Source of the DNA: Athalassotoga sp.
Lineage (GTDB): Bacteria; Thermotogota; Thermotogae; Mesoaciditogales; Mesoaciditogaceae
Length of the DNA: 64,000 nt
Direction: 5' to 3'
NCBI RefSeq assembly: GCF_049965695.1
Contig: NZ_JBMFWB010000004.1
Location: 13,649-77,648, forward strand
Part shown: piece by piece, positions 1-9,398 of the stretch
Numbering within the stretch: position 1 is the stretch's first letter
Layout of the letters: each line of letters starts with the position of its first letter
Program-made: the position numbers and the translations under genes
Notes under the pieces: model-generated
Told to the model about the DNA's origin: nothing
Database searches by the model: none
Seen by the model: only the letters and a program-made list of their open reading frames with translations

Positions 1-253
1 GACCGAGAACACCAAAAGTTTTTTTGCCGTTTCCAAATTCAACATGACCGGCATAATTATCAACATTTTTGGTTTTAAAACCATATTTTTTACCCAGTTC
101 AAGTGCATAATCAAGGGCTTTTTTGGTTTCAATGCCAAATGGGGCATCTTCTGTGCCTTTAACTTTGTAAGATTTGAATTTTATGATCTCCGAAATTTCT
201 TTTATCATCTCATCTTTCATTGACAAAACAAGATCGTCCAAAGTTTTGTTCAT
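1..253 (-). CDS. pepV: M20 family dipeptidase PepV, N-terminal part (runs off window)
   Basis: Not in ORF track; read manually: GGGAGG RBS then ATG at 253, MNKTLDDLVLSMKDEMIKEISEIIKFKSYKVKGTEDAPFGIETKKALDYALELGKKYGFKTKNVDNYAGHVEFGNGKKTFGVLG, a typical PepV N-terminus (APFG, GFKTKNVDNYAGH.E.G). Confidence 0.85.
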   Translation of the reverse strand, partial: MNKTLDDLVLSMKDEMIKEISEIIKFKSYKVKGTEDAPFGIETKKALDYALELGKKYGFKTKNVDNYAGHVEFGNGKKTFGVLG

Positions 254-383
254 TGAAATTCCTCCCAACGTAATTCAAATTATCGTCACATATTATGTAT
301 TATATACTCGTGTAGAATAATAAGTAAAGAGTTTTGAAACTCAAACAAAATTTTAGATCCCCAAATAATTTTTGATTCGTCAA

Positions 384-482
384 GTCGAATGCTTATTTAC
401 CGAAGCGGAAGGCAGCATACCCTTGAGACGGCCTCCGCTTACAGTAAATGACCATTCGGCTTTTAAAGTCAGGTTAGTATAT
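384..482. repeat. Intergenic repeat family copy A (long imperfect hairpin plus TIR-like end ...GTTAGTATA)
   Basis: CGCTTACAGTAAATGACCATTCGGCTTTTAAA matches the reverse complement of 22279-22310; AGCGGAAGGCAGCATACCCTTGAGACGGCCTCCGC resembles the reverse complement of about 58262-58296; internal pairing ATTTAC/GTAAAT and AAGCGGA/TCCGCTT. Confidence 0.75.
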
Positions 483-551
483 TATGTCGGATGCAAATGT
501 CTAATAAAAATCTTTGTGGGGTATAATTGGAAAAAATAATGGAGGCGTGAA

Positions 552-800
552 ATGCCGGAAGACAGAATTCAGGAAAGTAATTTGGAATTTTTAAAAGAAA
601 AGAAAATAATTGTCAAGATCTATCTTGTAAACGGAGTCCAGATAAACGGGCTCATAAAAGCGTTTGATCCATACGTTGTGGTTGTGGAAGATGAAAAACA
701 GCAAAGCATAATCTACAAGCACGCCATAAGCACCGTAATTCCATCCCAAAACCCTTATGATGACTCCAATCATGTTGATAACAAAGCAGATATGAAATGA
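552..800 (+). CDS. hfq: RNA chaperone Hfq
   Basis: Sm1 motif IYLVNGVQING.I..FD and Sm2 motif YKHAISTV; GGAGG RBS. Confidence 0.92.
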   Translation: MPEDRIQESNLEFLKEKKIIVKIYLVNGVQINGLIKAFDPYVVVVEDEKQQSIIYKHAISTVIPSQNPYDDSNHVDNKADMK

Positions 801-991
801 CCTGCTACCGTTTATCGTACATCAAAGGTGATTACAAACATTACGACCCTTTGGAAGAGAAGATAAAAGATATTGTCAACATCGAAAATTGTTGCGCATT
901 TTCATCGATCAATTTTGAACGCCTTCTAAATAGCTTTCGGGATCAAGGTTCAAATCCAAAAACTGCCGTATGTCGGACACAAATGCTTTAA
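797..991 (+). other. Small ORF or gene remnant overlapping the hfq stop (ATGA)
   Basis: ATGA overlap with hfq suggests translational coupling, but I recognise no motif. Confidence 0.3.
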
Positions 992-1073
992 CGGAATTAT
1001 CGGCGAGTCCGCTTGAGAAAAGGTTGAACTCAAAAGTATGGGCATCTTATCTGAATTTGTGATATTCAAAATT

Positions 1074-1724
1074 TCATTTAAGCAATGCTATCTTTTTGTT
1101 TCTTTTACCTTTAGGATAAGCGTATATTTCGACATTCATTCCTATACTATCGAGATACTTCAAGAGTGTCGATATTTTGATGTCTTTTCTTGCTTCAATT
1201 CTGGAAATGCTTGTCTGAATCATCCTATCATAGAAATTTTTGTCGTTTCTTTTATCTCCGCCGATTAAAAGTACTATCTGTCTTTCGGGGTCGAAAGCAA
1301 AAAATATTCTTAAAACATGTTCTTTGGTTTGTATGCGCATCTCTTTCATATTTTTATATTTGCTTTGTTTGACAGTATCAACATAAGGTCTTCCTAATGA
1401 AGGGCCTATATTTTGAAGTATTATGAGGCGTTTTAAAATCGCTTCTTTAGAATCATCATCAAGTTTTGCCACCATATGATGAACAACGTTGGGTTTTGCA
1501 TCCTTCATTGTGAATATGTTATCAGCGGCAAATTTGTAAAAGTAAGATGGATGTGAGAGAAAGTTGTCAAGGCCAAATAATTCTTCTGGATCATATTTTG
1601 AATAAATTCCGTTTGGAGATCTGAAATCAGGTATGCCACTCGGCGTACTCACGCCGGCTCCTGTGAGGATGGCAACTTTTCCGGCATGTGCTTTAAGTTT
1701 ATCAAGAAAAATTTTTGAATCCAT
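1074..1724 (-). pseudogene. In-frame chimera: sirtuin (CobB/Sir2) N-terminal half + RelE/HigB-like (Gp49-like) toxin core + C-terminal part of an HTH antitoxin
   Basis: ILTGAGVSTPSGIPDFRSPNG...KPNVVHH is the sirtuin N-terminus; GPSLGRPYVDTVKQSKYKNMKEMR...RIFFAFDPERQIVLLIGGDK is the Gp49/HigB toxin signature; QTSISRIEARKDIKISTLLKYLDSIG is the XRE-HTH recognition helix onward; GGAGATGA RBS before ATG 1724. Confidence 0.8.
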
Positions 1725-1945
1725 AACGATCATCTCCAAAAAGGCCTACTATGGTTTTTTGAAATAAATTCACGTTAAACCTCGCTTCTTTATAGGCGGG
1801 GTTATTTTATGTTCCACTGTGCTGATTTTGATAGTTATCAATTTAAAATTTTCAAAGGCCTAATAAATCCCAAAATATGTTTTTAATCTGCGGAAAATGG
1901 GATATAATATAAATGTGTATAACGAATAAAAAACGGAGGAACGTA

Positions 1946-2290
1946 ATGCAAAAGATATTTTTAAACGCAAAGATCCACAGAGCAACTATAACGGACAAGA
2001 ATCTTGAATATGAAGGATCGATAACCATAGATCCTGTTCTAACGAAAGCAGTTGGTATTGAAGAAGGAGAAATGGTTCAGGTAGTCAATCTTAACAACGG
2101 CACAAGGTTTGAAACTTATGTGATAAACGGAGAAGAAAATTCAGGCATTATTTCTCTCAACGGAGCTGCAGCGCGTCTTGGAGAAATTGGAGATAAAGTC
2201 ATAATAATGGCTTACGCTATTTTCAACGCCAACGAAAAGCACGATGCGAAGATTGTCATTGTTGATTCTAAGAACAAGATCATAAAATGA
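1946..2290 (+). CDS. panD: Aspartate 1-decarboxylase
   Basis: AKIHRATIT...YEGSITID (Gly-Ser self-cleavage site), [14 protein letters not shown]; GGAGG RBS before ATG 1946. Confidence 0.96.
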   Translation: MQKIFLNAKIHRATITDKNLEYEGSITIDPVLTKAVGIEEGEMVQVVNLNNGTRFETYVINGEENSGIISLNGAAARLGEIGDKVIIMAYAIFNANEKHDAKIVIVDSKNKIIK

Positions 2291-3185
2291 TTTCTTCTTT
2301 TTTTCCTAATCTTTCCCCAAGTATAACTCCCACCATCGTTATAGCACCGCCGATATATATCCATACCGACGGTATGTTCTTCAAGATCATCGTATCTGCT
2401 AAAACGGAAACAACAGGGATCAAATATATGAAATTACTCGATGTGCGCGATCCAAGCGATCTGACGGCGTAATTCCATATTAAGTATCCAAATCCGGAGC
2501 ATAGAGTGCCAAGAAAGAGAAGCCATAAAATAACATCAGGTCTCAAAAATGTTGCTACATTAGGCCTTTCTACCGATATTTCAATGATTGAAAACGGAAT
2601 CAAAAAGATCAAACCCCATTTTGTCATTTCAACAGTTGTGAGTAAGTTATCGTAATTTTCCAGTTTGTTGATGTATAAAGTATACATTCCCCACGAGATG
2701 GCAGCGCCCAATACGAGAAGATCTCCCAAAGCATCGCCTTTCAGTTCAAATCCATTTGAAGCGATTATTATCGTAACACCTGCCAGAGAAAGAAAAGACA
2801 TAAGGTAAAGCATAAATGAACTTGCCTTTCTTCTCGATATATCTGCAATTATTATGGTGAATATCGGTACAGTTGCTATTAAAATAGAAGCCTGAGACGG
2901 TGTGGTGAAACTGACACCGAAATTTTCGAACACAAAATATATGGTTATGCCCCACAACCCTGCCATAGCCGATAAGAATTTTGCTTTTTTCGGAAGTTTT
3001 CGATCTTTCACCGTTAACCTTGAAAATACCCACAGTATAATCCATGAAATGATAAACCTTAAAGTTGCCATGGTTATAGGTGGTATAACACTTACAACAA
3101 CTTTTATCGCAACAAATGAAATTCCCCAGAAAAAAATAATCGTAAGTCCAAGTATTATGCTTAAATTATCATTCTTCGTGTTCAT
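2280..3185 (-). CDS. DMT/EamA family transporter
   Basis: About ten hydrophobic segments, [10 protein letters not shown] and LRF motifs, two EamA repeats. Confidence 0.9.
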   Translation of the reverse strand: MNTKNDNLSIILGLTIIFFWGISFVAIKVVVSVIPPITMATLRFIISWIILWVFSRLTVKDRKLPKKAKFLSAMAGLWGITIYFVFENFGVSFTTPSQASILIATVPIFTIIIADISRRKASSFMLYLMSFLSLAGVTIIIASNGFELKGDALGDLLVLGAAISWGMYTLYINKLENYDNLLTTVEMTKWGLIFLIPFSIIEISVERPNVATFLRPDVILWLLFLGTLCSGFGYLIWNYAVRSLGSRTSSNFIYLIPVVSVLADTMILKNIPSVWIYIGGAITMVGVILGERLGKKEEIIL

Positions 3186-4329
3186 TTGTCAGTCTTGTCA
3201 ATGCCTCAACTATATCGTAAGGTTGGATCAATTCTCCGTCTTCTCTCAACACGGTTTCCATCGGTACATTTTTTTTGTTTATACGGCTTACTTCATGTGC
3301 GAATTGCCCCATATTCATCTCGGCAACCACGATGCCGGAGATACGTGAAATCAACTTTTTGAGAGGATTTATCGGGAATGGCCATATCGTTATAGGCTTG
3401 AAAAGGCCTACCTTTATTCCGTTAGATCTTGCCAGTTTGATGGCACGGTAAGCACTTCTTGCCGTTGTGCCATAGGCTATTATGAGATATTCAGCATCAT
3501 CGACCATGTATGAATCGTATATAAGTATTTCATCAAGATGTAAATTTATCTTGTTCACGAAATGTTTCATCAATTTTGAAGCCATATCAGCATTTCCTAT
3601 CGGGAAACCGCTTTCATCGTGAAAAAGGCCTGAAACATGAAATCTTGTACTACCCATCGATACAAGGGGTTGTATTTCATCGTTAAGTTCTGATTCTTCG
3701 AGAAATGGCTGATATATGGTGTTTTGATCCATATCTTTTGTGAGTATCCTGTCTACGATTGTAAACTCATCGGGATCGGGAAGATAAAAACTTTCTCTCA
3801 TATGGCCAACGGTCTCATCCATCAAAAATATGACGGGAGTTCTGTAAATTTCAGAAAAATTAAAAGCCGTGACTATGTATTTGTAGACTTCTTCAACTGT
3901 AGATGGATACAAAACTATTACCGCGTGATCCCCATGCGTGCCCCATCTTGCTTGCATAATGTCTCCCTGCGCAGTTTTTGTAGGAAAGCCTGTACTGGGA
4001 CCGGTTCTTTGAACATCAACGAAAACAACAGGAGTTTCCGTCATCGAAGCGTAACCTATGGCTTCTTGCATAAGGCTAAAACCAGGTCCACTCGTGGCTG
4101 TCATCGATTTAACTCCTGCCAGAGAAGCACCGATAATTGCAGCAGCACTTGATATCTCATCTTCCATTTGTATAAAGGTACCGCCTACCTTTGGCAATTT
4201 GGCAGACATCGCCTCGGCTATATCCGTCGCAGGGGTAATTGGATATCCTGCAAAAAATCTGCATCCGGCCAAAATAGCACCCCGCGCGCAAGCCTCATCT
4301 CCTTGCATGACAACAAATTTTTCACCCAT
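3169..4329 (-). CDS. korA: 2-oxoacid:ferredoxin oxidoreductase alpha subunit
   Basis: GCRFFAGYPITPAT, QMEDE, TATSGPGFSLMQE, QRTGPSTG. Confidence 0.93.
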   Translation of the reverse strand: MGEKFVVMQGDEACARGAILAGCRFFAGYPITPATDIAEAMSAKLPKVGGTFIQMEDEISSAAAIIGASLAGVKSMTATSGPGFSLMQEAIGYASMTETPVVFVDVQRTGPSTGFPTKTAQGDIMQARWGTHGDHAVIVLYPSTVEEVYKYIVTAFNFSEIYRTPVIFLMDETVGHMRESFYLPDPDEFTIVDRILTKDMDQNTIYQPFLEESELNDEIQPLVSMGSTRFHVSGLFHDESGFPIGNADMASKLMKHFVNKINLHLDEILIYDSYMVDDAEYLIIAYGTTARSAYRAIKLARSNGIKVGLFKPITIWPFPINPLKKLISRISGIVVAEMNMGQFAHEVSRINKKNVPMETVLREDGELIQPYDIVEALTRLTNEHEE

Positions 4330-4488
4330 CTGATTTACTCCTTCCGAGCATTTCTATTTTTAATTTTACCACTATTTACCTAACACATCCAACTGAGGAC
4401 TCCTTTACGAGCCTAAGTTCGGAATTTTCTCGGTATTAAGTGCTATAATTATCGTAGCGAGAAATAATTTTGTAGGAGGTGAGTATCG

Positions 4489-5403
4489 CTGGAAACGATT
4501 TCGAGATTTAAGATCCCCGATTCGATCGATATCGTGTCTTTTCTTGGAGAATATGATTCAAATCTCAAAACTATAAAGAAGTATTTCGATGTTGGAGTTA
4601 CGCTTATGGACTCAGAATTATGGATAAAAGGGGAAGAGGAAAAGGTAAAACGTGTCAGTGGCGTGCTTGATAGGATGGTCAAGATCGTTTTAAAGGAAGG
4701 AAGTGTTGATATAAGAGATCTTTTGAACACAAAAGAAAGAACGACTTCCAAAATAGAAGGTGTCGGGGTATTTCCAAAAACAAAAGGACAGCAGTTTTAT
4801 GTTGATTCCATGAAAGAAAATGACATAGTTTTTGCGATAGGCCCTGCCGGAACAGGTAAAACTTACCTTGCAGTTGCAATGGCAGTCGAGGGTTTAAGAA
4901 GCGGCGAGATACAACGAATAGTTTTAACTCGCCCTGCCGTTGAAGCGGGTGAAAAACTCGGTTTTTTACCCGGAGACATGATAGAAAAAGTAGATCCGTA
5001 CCTAAGGCCACTTTACGATGCCTTATTTGACATGATGAGTCCCGAGAGATTCAATTATTACCGCGAAAAGGGCATAATAGAAGTCGCACCTCTTGCTTAC
5101 ATGAGAGGAAGAACTCTCAACAACGCTTTCATGATCCTCGATGAAGCTCAAAATACAACTCATGGTCAATTGAAAATGTTCCTGACAAGAATGGGATTTG
5201 GATCTAAAGTAGTCGTAACTGGAGATGTGACTCAAATAGATCTTGAAGACAAGGCAACTTCAAGCCTTTTGGAGGCACAAAGAATTCTCAAAGACATAAA
5301 AGGAGTTTCTTTTGTTTATTTAAACGAAGAAGATGTGGTGAGAAATCCCATAGTTAAAAGGATAATAAAGGCATATGAGATTTTTGAAGAAAATGAGAAG
5401 TAA
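4489..5403 (+). CDS. phoH: PhoH family ATPase (probable CTG start)
   Basis: GPAGTGKTYLA, RPAVEAGEKLGFLPGD, MRGRTL, DEAQN; AGGAGGTGA RBS 6 nt before an in-frame CTG at 4489. Confidence 0.93.
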   Translation: METISRFKIPDSIDIVSFLGEYDSNLKTIKKYFDVGVTLMDSELWIKGEEEKVKRVSGVLDRMVKIVLKEGSVDIRDLLNTKERTTSKIEGVGVFPKTKGQQFYVDSMKENDIVFAIGPAGTGKTYLAVAMAVEGLRSGEIQRIVLTRPAVEAGEKLGFLPGDMIEKVDPYLRPLYDALFDMMSPERFNYYREKGIIEVAPLAYMRGRTLNNAFMILDEAQNTTHGQLKMFLTRMGFGSKVVVTGDVTQIDLEDKATSSLLEAQRILKDIKGVSFVYLNEEDVVRNPIVKRIIKAYEIFEENEK

Positions 5404-6760
5404 AAAACTTTACGTATATCTTTACTACTTTTTGACGCCTCTTGTGCTTATAATTTTGTCCAATCTGTCAATTCAGCCGAGAATTGAATGGGTAAATGAA
5501 TATATCCTCATAGGCGGGGCTAATTTTCTGAGTTTCAAATGGATAAAAGATCACGTGAAATTCTTTAAGATACATGAACAATATTTCTGGACATATGCCG
5601 CTACGATATTTCTTGCAGTTGCATTTTTTCCATTGGGTAATCTTCTTGTTGGTCATTATGGTATTCCAGTTTTCTTTGGTGTAATTCTTGTGGCGGCCTT
5701 GATGGGAACCGAAAGTGGTATTGCTTCGGCGATAACGCTTTCAACCGTTGCGGCGGTCATGTCAAATAACAGTTTTGATCTTTTCGCGATGTACATCGTA
5801 AGTTCAATCACGGCCATATACATGGTGAAAAATTTCAACAAGCGTACCGATATGACGAAAGTTGCGTTTTATGGCTCCATCGTATCGGTTATAATGTTTT
5901 TTGCGATGCACATGGATCTTCAATTTATATCTCAAAGTGGGACCAGCATTTTGATCATCGCTTTAAATCCATTTGTTTCGATGATTTTAGTGCTTGGAAT
6001 TATGCCATACGTGGAATACATATCGCGAATATATTCGAACATAGGCTTGCTTGAACTTGGAGGTTTAAGCCACCCACTTTTAAAGGAATTGTCAATGGAA
6101 GCGCCGGGAACGTATTTTCACAGCGTTGAACTTGCAAATATGTGTGAGATGGCGGCAAGCAGAATAAACGCGAATTACATCCTCGCAAGAATAGGATCCT
6201 ATTTTCATGACATAGGAAAGATGAGAAGGCCTGAATTTTTCACTGAAAATCAAAAAGGATTCAATCCTCATGACTCAATGACTCCTATCATGAACTATCT
6301 TGTGATAATTTCTCACGTTAAGTATGGAGTTAAAATGGCAAAGGAAAAAAGACTGCCTTTGCTTGTGGAAGACATGATAAGGGAACATCATGGCACAAGA
6401 ATGGTTTCGTTTTTTTATCAGAAAGCGCTTGCCGAAAATCTTAACGTAAGTCCTGATGATTTTAGGTATCCTGGCCCGAGACCGCGCACCAAAGAGGCAG
6501 GCATCGTAATGCTTGCGGATTCATGCGAGGCTGCCTTCAAATCGATGAAAGAGATAAACCCATCCAAAATCCAAAATATAGTCGAAGAAATTGTCAACAG
6601 GGTTTACAATGAACGTCAATTGGATGATTCCGGTTTGTCTCTCAAAGATCTTGATGAAATAGCCCAAGAATTTTCAAAGATACTTTCTTTAAGGATGAAA
6701 ACGCGTTTGTCGTATCCAAAAAGAGAAGAAATTGAGAAAGTGATAAAAATTGCCAATTAG
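5393..6760 (+). CDS. Membrane HD-domain phosphohydrolase (7TM-HD, PgpH-like cyclic-dinucleotide phosphodiesterase family)
   Basis: N-terminal TM helices, then APGTYFHS, YFHDIGK, FFTENQ, EHHGT, MLADSCEAA; classic phoH-HD-ybeY context. Confidence 0.88.
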   Translation: MRSKKLYVYLYYFLTPLVLIILSNLSIQPRIEWVNEYILIGGANFLSFKWIKDHVKFFKIHEQYFWTYAATIFLAVAFFPLGNLLVGHYGIPVFFGVILVAALMGTESGIASAITLSTVAAVMSNNSFDLFAMYIVSSITAIYMVKNFNKRTDMTKVAFYGSIVSVIMFFAMHMDLQFISQSGTSILIIALNPFVSMILVLGIMPYVEYISRIYSNIGLLELGGLSHPLLKELSMEAPGTYFHSVELANMCEMAASRINANYILARIGSYFHDIGKMRRPEFFTENQKGFNPHDSMTPIMNYLVIISHVKYGVKMAKEKRLPLLVEDMIREHHGTRMVSFFYQKALAENLNVSPDDFRYPGPRPRTKEAGIVMLADSCEAAFKSMKEINPSKIQNIVEEIVNRVYNERQLDDSGLSLKDLDEIAQEFSKILSLRMKTRLSYPKREEIEKVIKIAN

Positions 6761-7175
6761 AATTTTCAACGATCAAAAGGTCAATTTGAATTTGCCACTT
6801 ATAAGCACATTGCTTGAAAAGGTTTTGAATGCAGAAAAAGAAAATGGAATTATCGATCTCATATTCGTCGATATTGATGAAATTGTAAGGCTGAATTCTT
6901 ACAGAAAAAAATCAGGACCTACCGATGTTTTGTCCTTTAACTATGATCAACAGGCGTTAAAAGGAGAAGTTTACGTTTGTCCTGATTACGTGATGGAAAA
7001 CGCAAAAATATTCAACGTTACTTTTAATCAAGAACTTTTGCGCGTTTGCATTCATGGGATACTCCATGTGTGTGGATACGATCATGAAAGAGATAAAGCA
7101 TCCGAAAAGATCATGTTTGAAAAGCAGGAAAACTACCTTTCAGGTTTCGCAGATTTTTTGAACGATATTTGCTGA
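6750..7175 (+). CDS. ybeY: rRNA maturation endoribonuclease YbeY
   Basis: PTDVLSF and HGILHVCGYDH metal-binding motif. Confidence 0.93.
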   Translation: MPIRIFNDQKVNLNLPLISTLLEKVLNAEKENGIIDLIFVDIDEIVRLNSYRKKSGPTDVLSFNYDQQALKGEVYVCPDYVMENAKIFNVTFNQELLRVCIHGILHVCGYDHERDKASEKIMFEKQENYLSGFADFLNDIC

Positions 7176-7182
7176 GTCAGCC

Positions 7183-8004
7183 TTAAACTGATTTTTTGTT
7201 AAAAAGTATTTCCTTAACCTCATCGTAAAGAAATCCTTTGTTTATCCTTGAAAGTATCCTATCTCGAATATCTTCAGCAAGTTTTTGAGCCTTTGCAATG
7301 CCCATTATTTTAACTATCGTTGCTTTATTTTCCTGGAGATCCTTTTTTGGTGTTTTACCCATTTGCTCGAAAGTGGCTGTAACATCGAGAATGTCATCGC
7401 GAATTTGAAAATACGTTCCAAATTCGTACCCTGCTTCTCTGTAAGGCAAAGGATCTAATCCCGCCATCATCGGACCAAATGAAAAAGAAAAGGCAAAAAG
7501 CGCCCCAGTCTTTCCCCTATACATCTGTAAGATCTCTGATTCCGAAGGTTGATACCCTTTTTTCGACATGATGATGTCTCTTGTTTCTCCGTCTACGAGT
7601 TCTATAAGTGTCTGGGTAAAGGCCCTTATCACATCGTTGTTCTTTGATTCGGTACAGATATAGCCGGCCACTGAAAAAAGCAAATCTCCTGCCATTATGG
7701 CTATATCTTCGCCAAAAGCAACATGGTTCGAAGGCTGGCCTCGCCTATAATCATCGTTGTCAATGGCTGGAAGATCATCATGTATAAGAGAGCCGGCGTG
7801 CATCATCTCGGTTGCACATGCAACTTTTAAGGCAATATTTTGATCAACGTTGAAGTCTTTTGCGCTTGCAATTACAAACTTTGGCCTTATTCTTTTGCCT
7901 GGCAATTTTAACGTGTAAAGTGCGGCAGTTTCAAGTTTTGTAGATAAACCAAGTTGCTTTATCATACTTTCAATGGCATCATCAATTTCCTTCGTGACTT
8001 CCAC
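7183..8004 (-). CDS. ispA: Polyprenyl (farnesyl/geranylgeranyl) diphosphate synthase
   Basis: GKRIRP, SLIHDDLPAIDNDDYRRG (FARM), FQIRDDILD (SARM); start placed at GTG about 8004, approximate. Confidence 0.9.
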   Translation of the reverse strand: MEVTKEIDDAIESMIKQLGLSTKLETAALYTLKLPGKRIRPKFVIASAKDFNVDQNIALKVACATEMMHAGSLIHDDLPAIDNDDYRRGQPSNHVAFGEDIAIMAGDLLFSVAGYICTESKNNDVIRAFTQTLIELVDGETRDIIMSKKGYQPSESEILQMYRGKTGALFAFSFSFGPMMAGLDPLPYREAGYEFGTYFQIRDDILDVTATFEQMGKTPKKDLQENKATIVKIMGIAKAQKLAEDIRDRILSRINKGFLYDEVKEILFNKKSV

Positions 8005-8506
8005 CTTCACCTTTCTCTTCATTTTCAAAATACTTTCTTATTTGATCTATATCAAGATGTTCTACGAAATCTTTGAATTCTCTTTCTTCGGTTTGTTCTG
8101 CTTGATCTTCTATTCTTATGCCACTTTCCTTTATTATTTCTTCTGTAGTGTAAATGGGTAATGCTTTTTTTGTGGCCATGATTATCCCGTCTGAAGGTCT
8201 GCAATCTATCTCCATGGTTTTATCATCAACTTTCAAAATCAATTTAGCCCTATAGGTATTATCTTCAAGAGAATCTATGAAAAGTTTTTCCGCAACTCCG
8301 TTGAAAGCGCTTATCACGTTGAGAATCAAATCATGTGTTAAAGGTCTTGGAAATTCTGCTTTTTGGATTGCCAAAGAAAGTGCAAAAGCCTCACATGATC
8401 CTATCCATATTGGAAGTACCAAAGGGGAATTTGGAATCTCAAGTATCACAACCGGCGTGTTGTTTCGCTTATCAAAAGCAAGTCCTTTAACCTTTACCTC
8501 TTTCAA
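7982..8506 (-). CDS. Bifunctional nuclease family protein (DUF151)
   Basis: LPIWIG..EA, RPLTHDL, IDCRPSD. Confidence 0.9.
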   Translation of the reverse strand: MKEVKVKGLAFDKRNNTPVVILEIPNSPLVLPIWIGSCEAFALSLAIQKAEFPRPLTHDLILNVISAFNGVAEKLFIDSLEDNTYRAKLILKVDDKTMEIDCRPSDGIIMATKKALPIYTTEEIIKESGIRIEDQAEQTEEREFKDFVEHLDIDQIRKYFENEEKGEGGSHEGN

Positions 8507-9239
8507 TTAATTCACCTCCTTCGATTTTCTTCAATTCGTCGATCAACATATTTCTTAAAAACTCGGATAGCATTTTTGAATCCCATTTGTCAAATGTTTC
8601 CGGTTTTACAACTGGCATTATCGAAAGATAAATATCCGCTTTCTTTATATACACAGAACCCTTTGGCATAGATTTTTCAGTTCCCGAAATAGCGATGGGT
8701 AAGATAGGTACCTTTGCTTTTGTCACGATTTTCATTGAACCAATTTTAAACTCATGCACTTGACCATCAGTACTTCTTGTGCCTTCTGGAAATATAGCGA
8801 TAACCTGTCCTTCCTCTTTCATTTTCCTTATCATGTTGTCTATCGCTACGACTGCATCCCTTGGATTTTCTCTATCTATGAGTTCTCCACCGAGTATCTT
8901 TAAAAACTGTCCAACGGTGAAGAATTTTCCGAGTTCTTTTTTTGCTATAAATCCGGCATGAGCATTAACGTATCCTTGAATTAACGTTATATCAAGCATA
9001 CTTCTGTGGTTGGCGACAATTATGTAAGGACCTTTTTGCGGCTTATTCTCCAAACCTGAAATGTGTACTTTACTCTTCGGAAGAGAAAAAGACCTTCTTC
9101 CCCATCGGCCTACGTGTAATTTTATGTAATTTTCTCTTTCTTCTCCTGTTCTTTTAAGTACACCTCTTACAAAAAATGGAGCGTAAGCCATGTATCCCAG
9201 AAAGAATATCCCTGTCAACAAATAACGAAGAATTCCCAA
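8487..9239 (-). CDS. plsC: 1-acyl-sn-glycerol-3-phosphate acyltransferase
   Basis: NHRSMLD (HX4D), FIAKKEL, IFPEGTRS. Confidence 0.9.
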   Translation of the reverse strand: MGILRYLLTGIFFLGYMAYAPFFVRGVLKRTGEERENYIKLHVGRWGRRSFSLPKSKVHISGLENKPQKGPYIIVANHRSMLDITLIQGYVNAHAGFIAKKELGKFFTVGQFLKILGGELIDRENPRDAVVAIDNMIRKMKEEGQVIAIFPEGTRSTDGQVHEFKIGSMKIVTKAKVPILPIAISGTEKSMPKGSVYIKKADIYLSIMPVVKPETFDKWDSKMLSEFLRNMLIDELKKIEGGELIERGKG

Positions 9240-9398
9240 ATTATCTTCACCCTATCAATTATATCACGTGTATCTTCCAGTGATTTAAAAATTCAGATTT
9301 AATCCACATAAAAAGGCTTTAAAATGAACAAAATGCTTTTGAATTTCGTTTTAAAAAATGATAAAATATCAAGTGGTGGATATAAGGGGGTGGTTGAG

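Noticed and set aside
1074-1724. Intact Sir2-type anti-phage NADase (Thoeris/DSR-like)
   Set aside because: The sirtuin part is CobB-like and stops before the catalytic core; no partner defence genes are adjacent.
4405-4435. GAGCCTAAGTTCGGAATTTT as an eighth copy of the repeat end
   Set aside because: Only about 10 nt match (TTCGGAATTT); too short to distinguish from chance.
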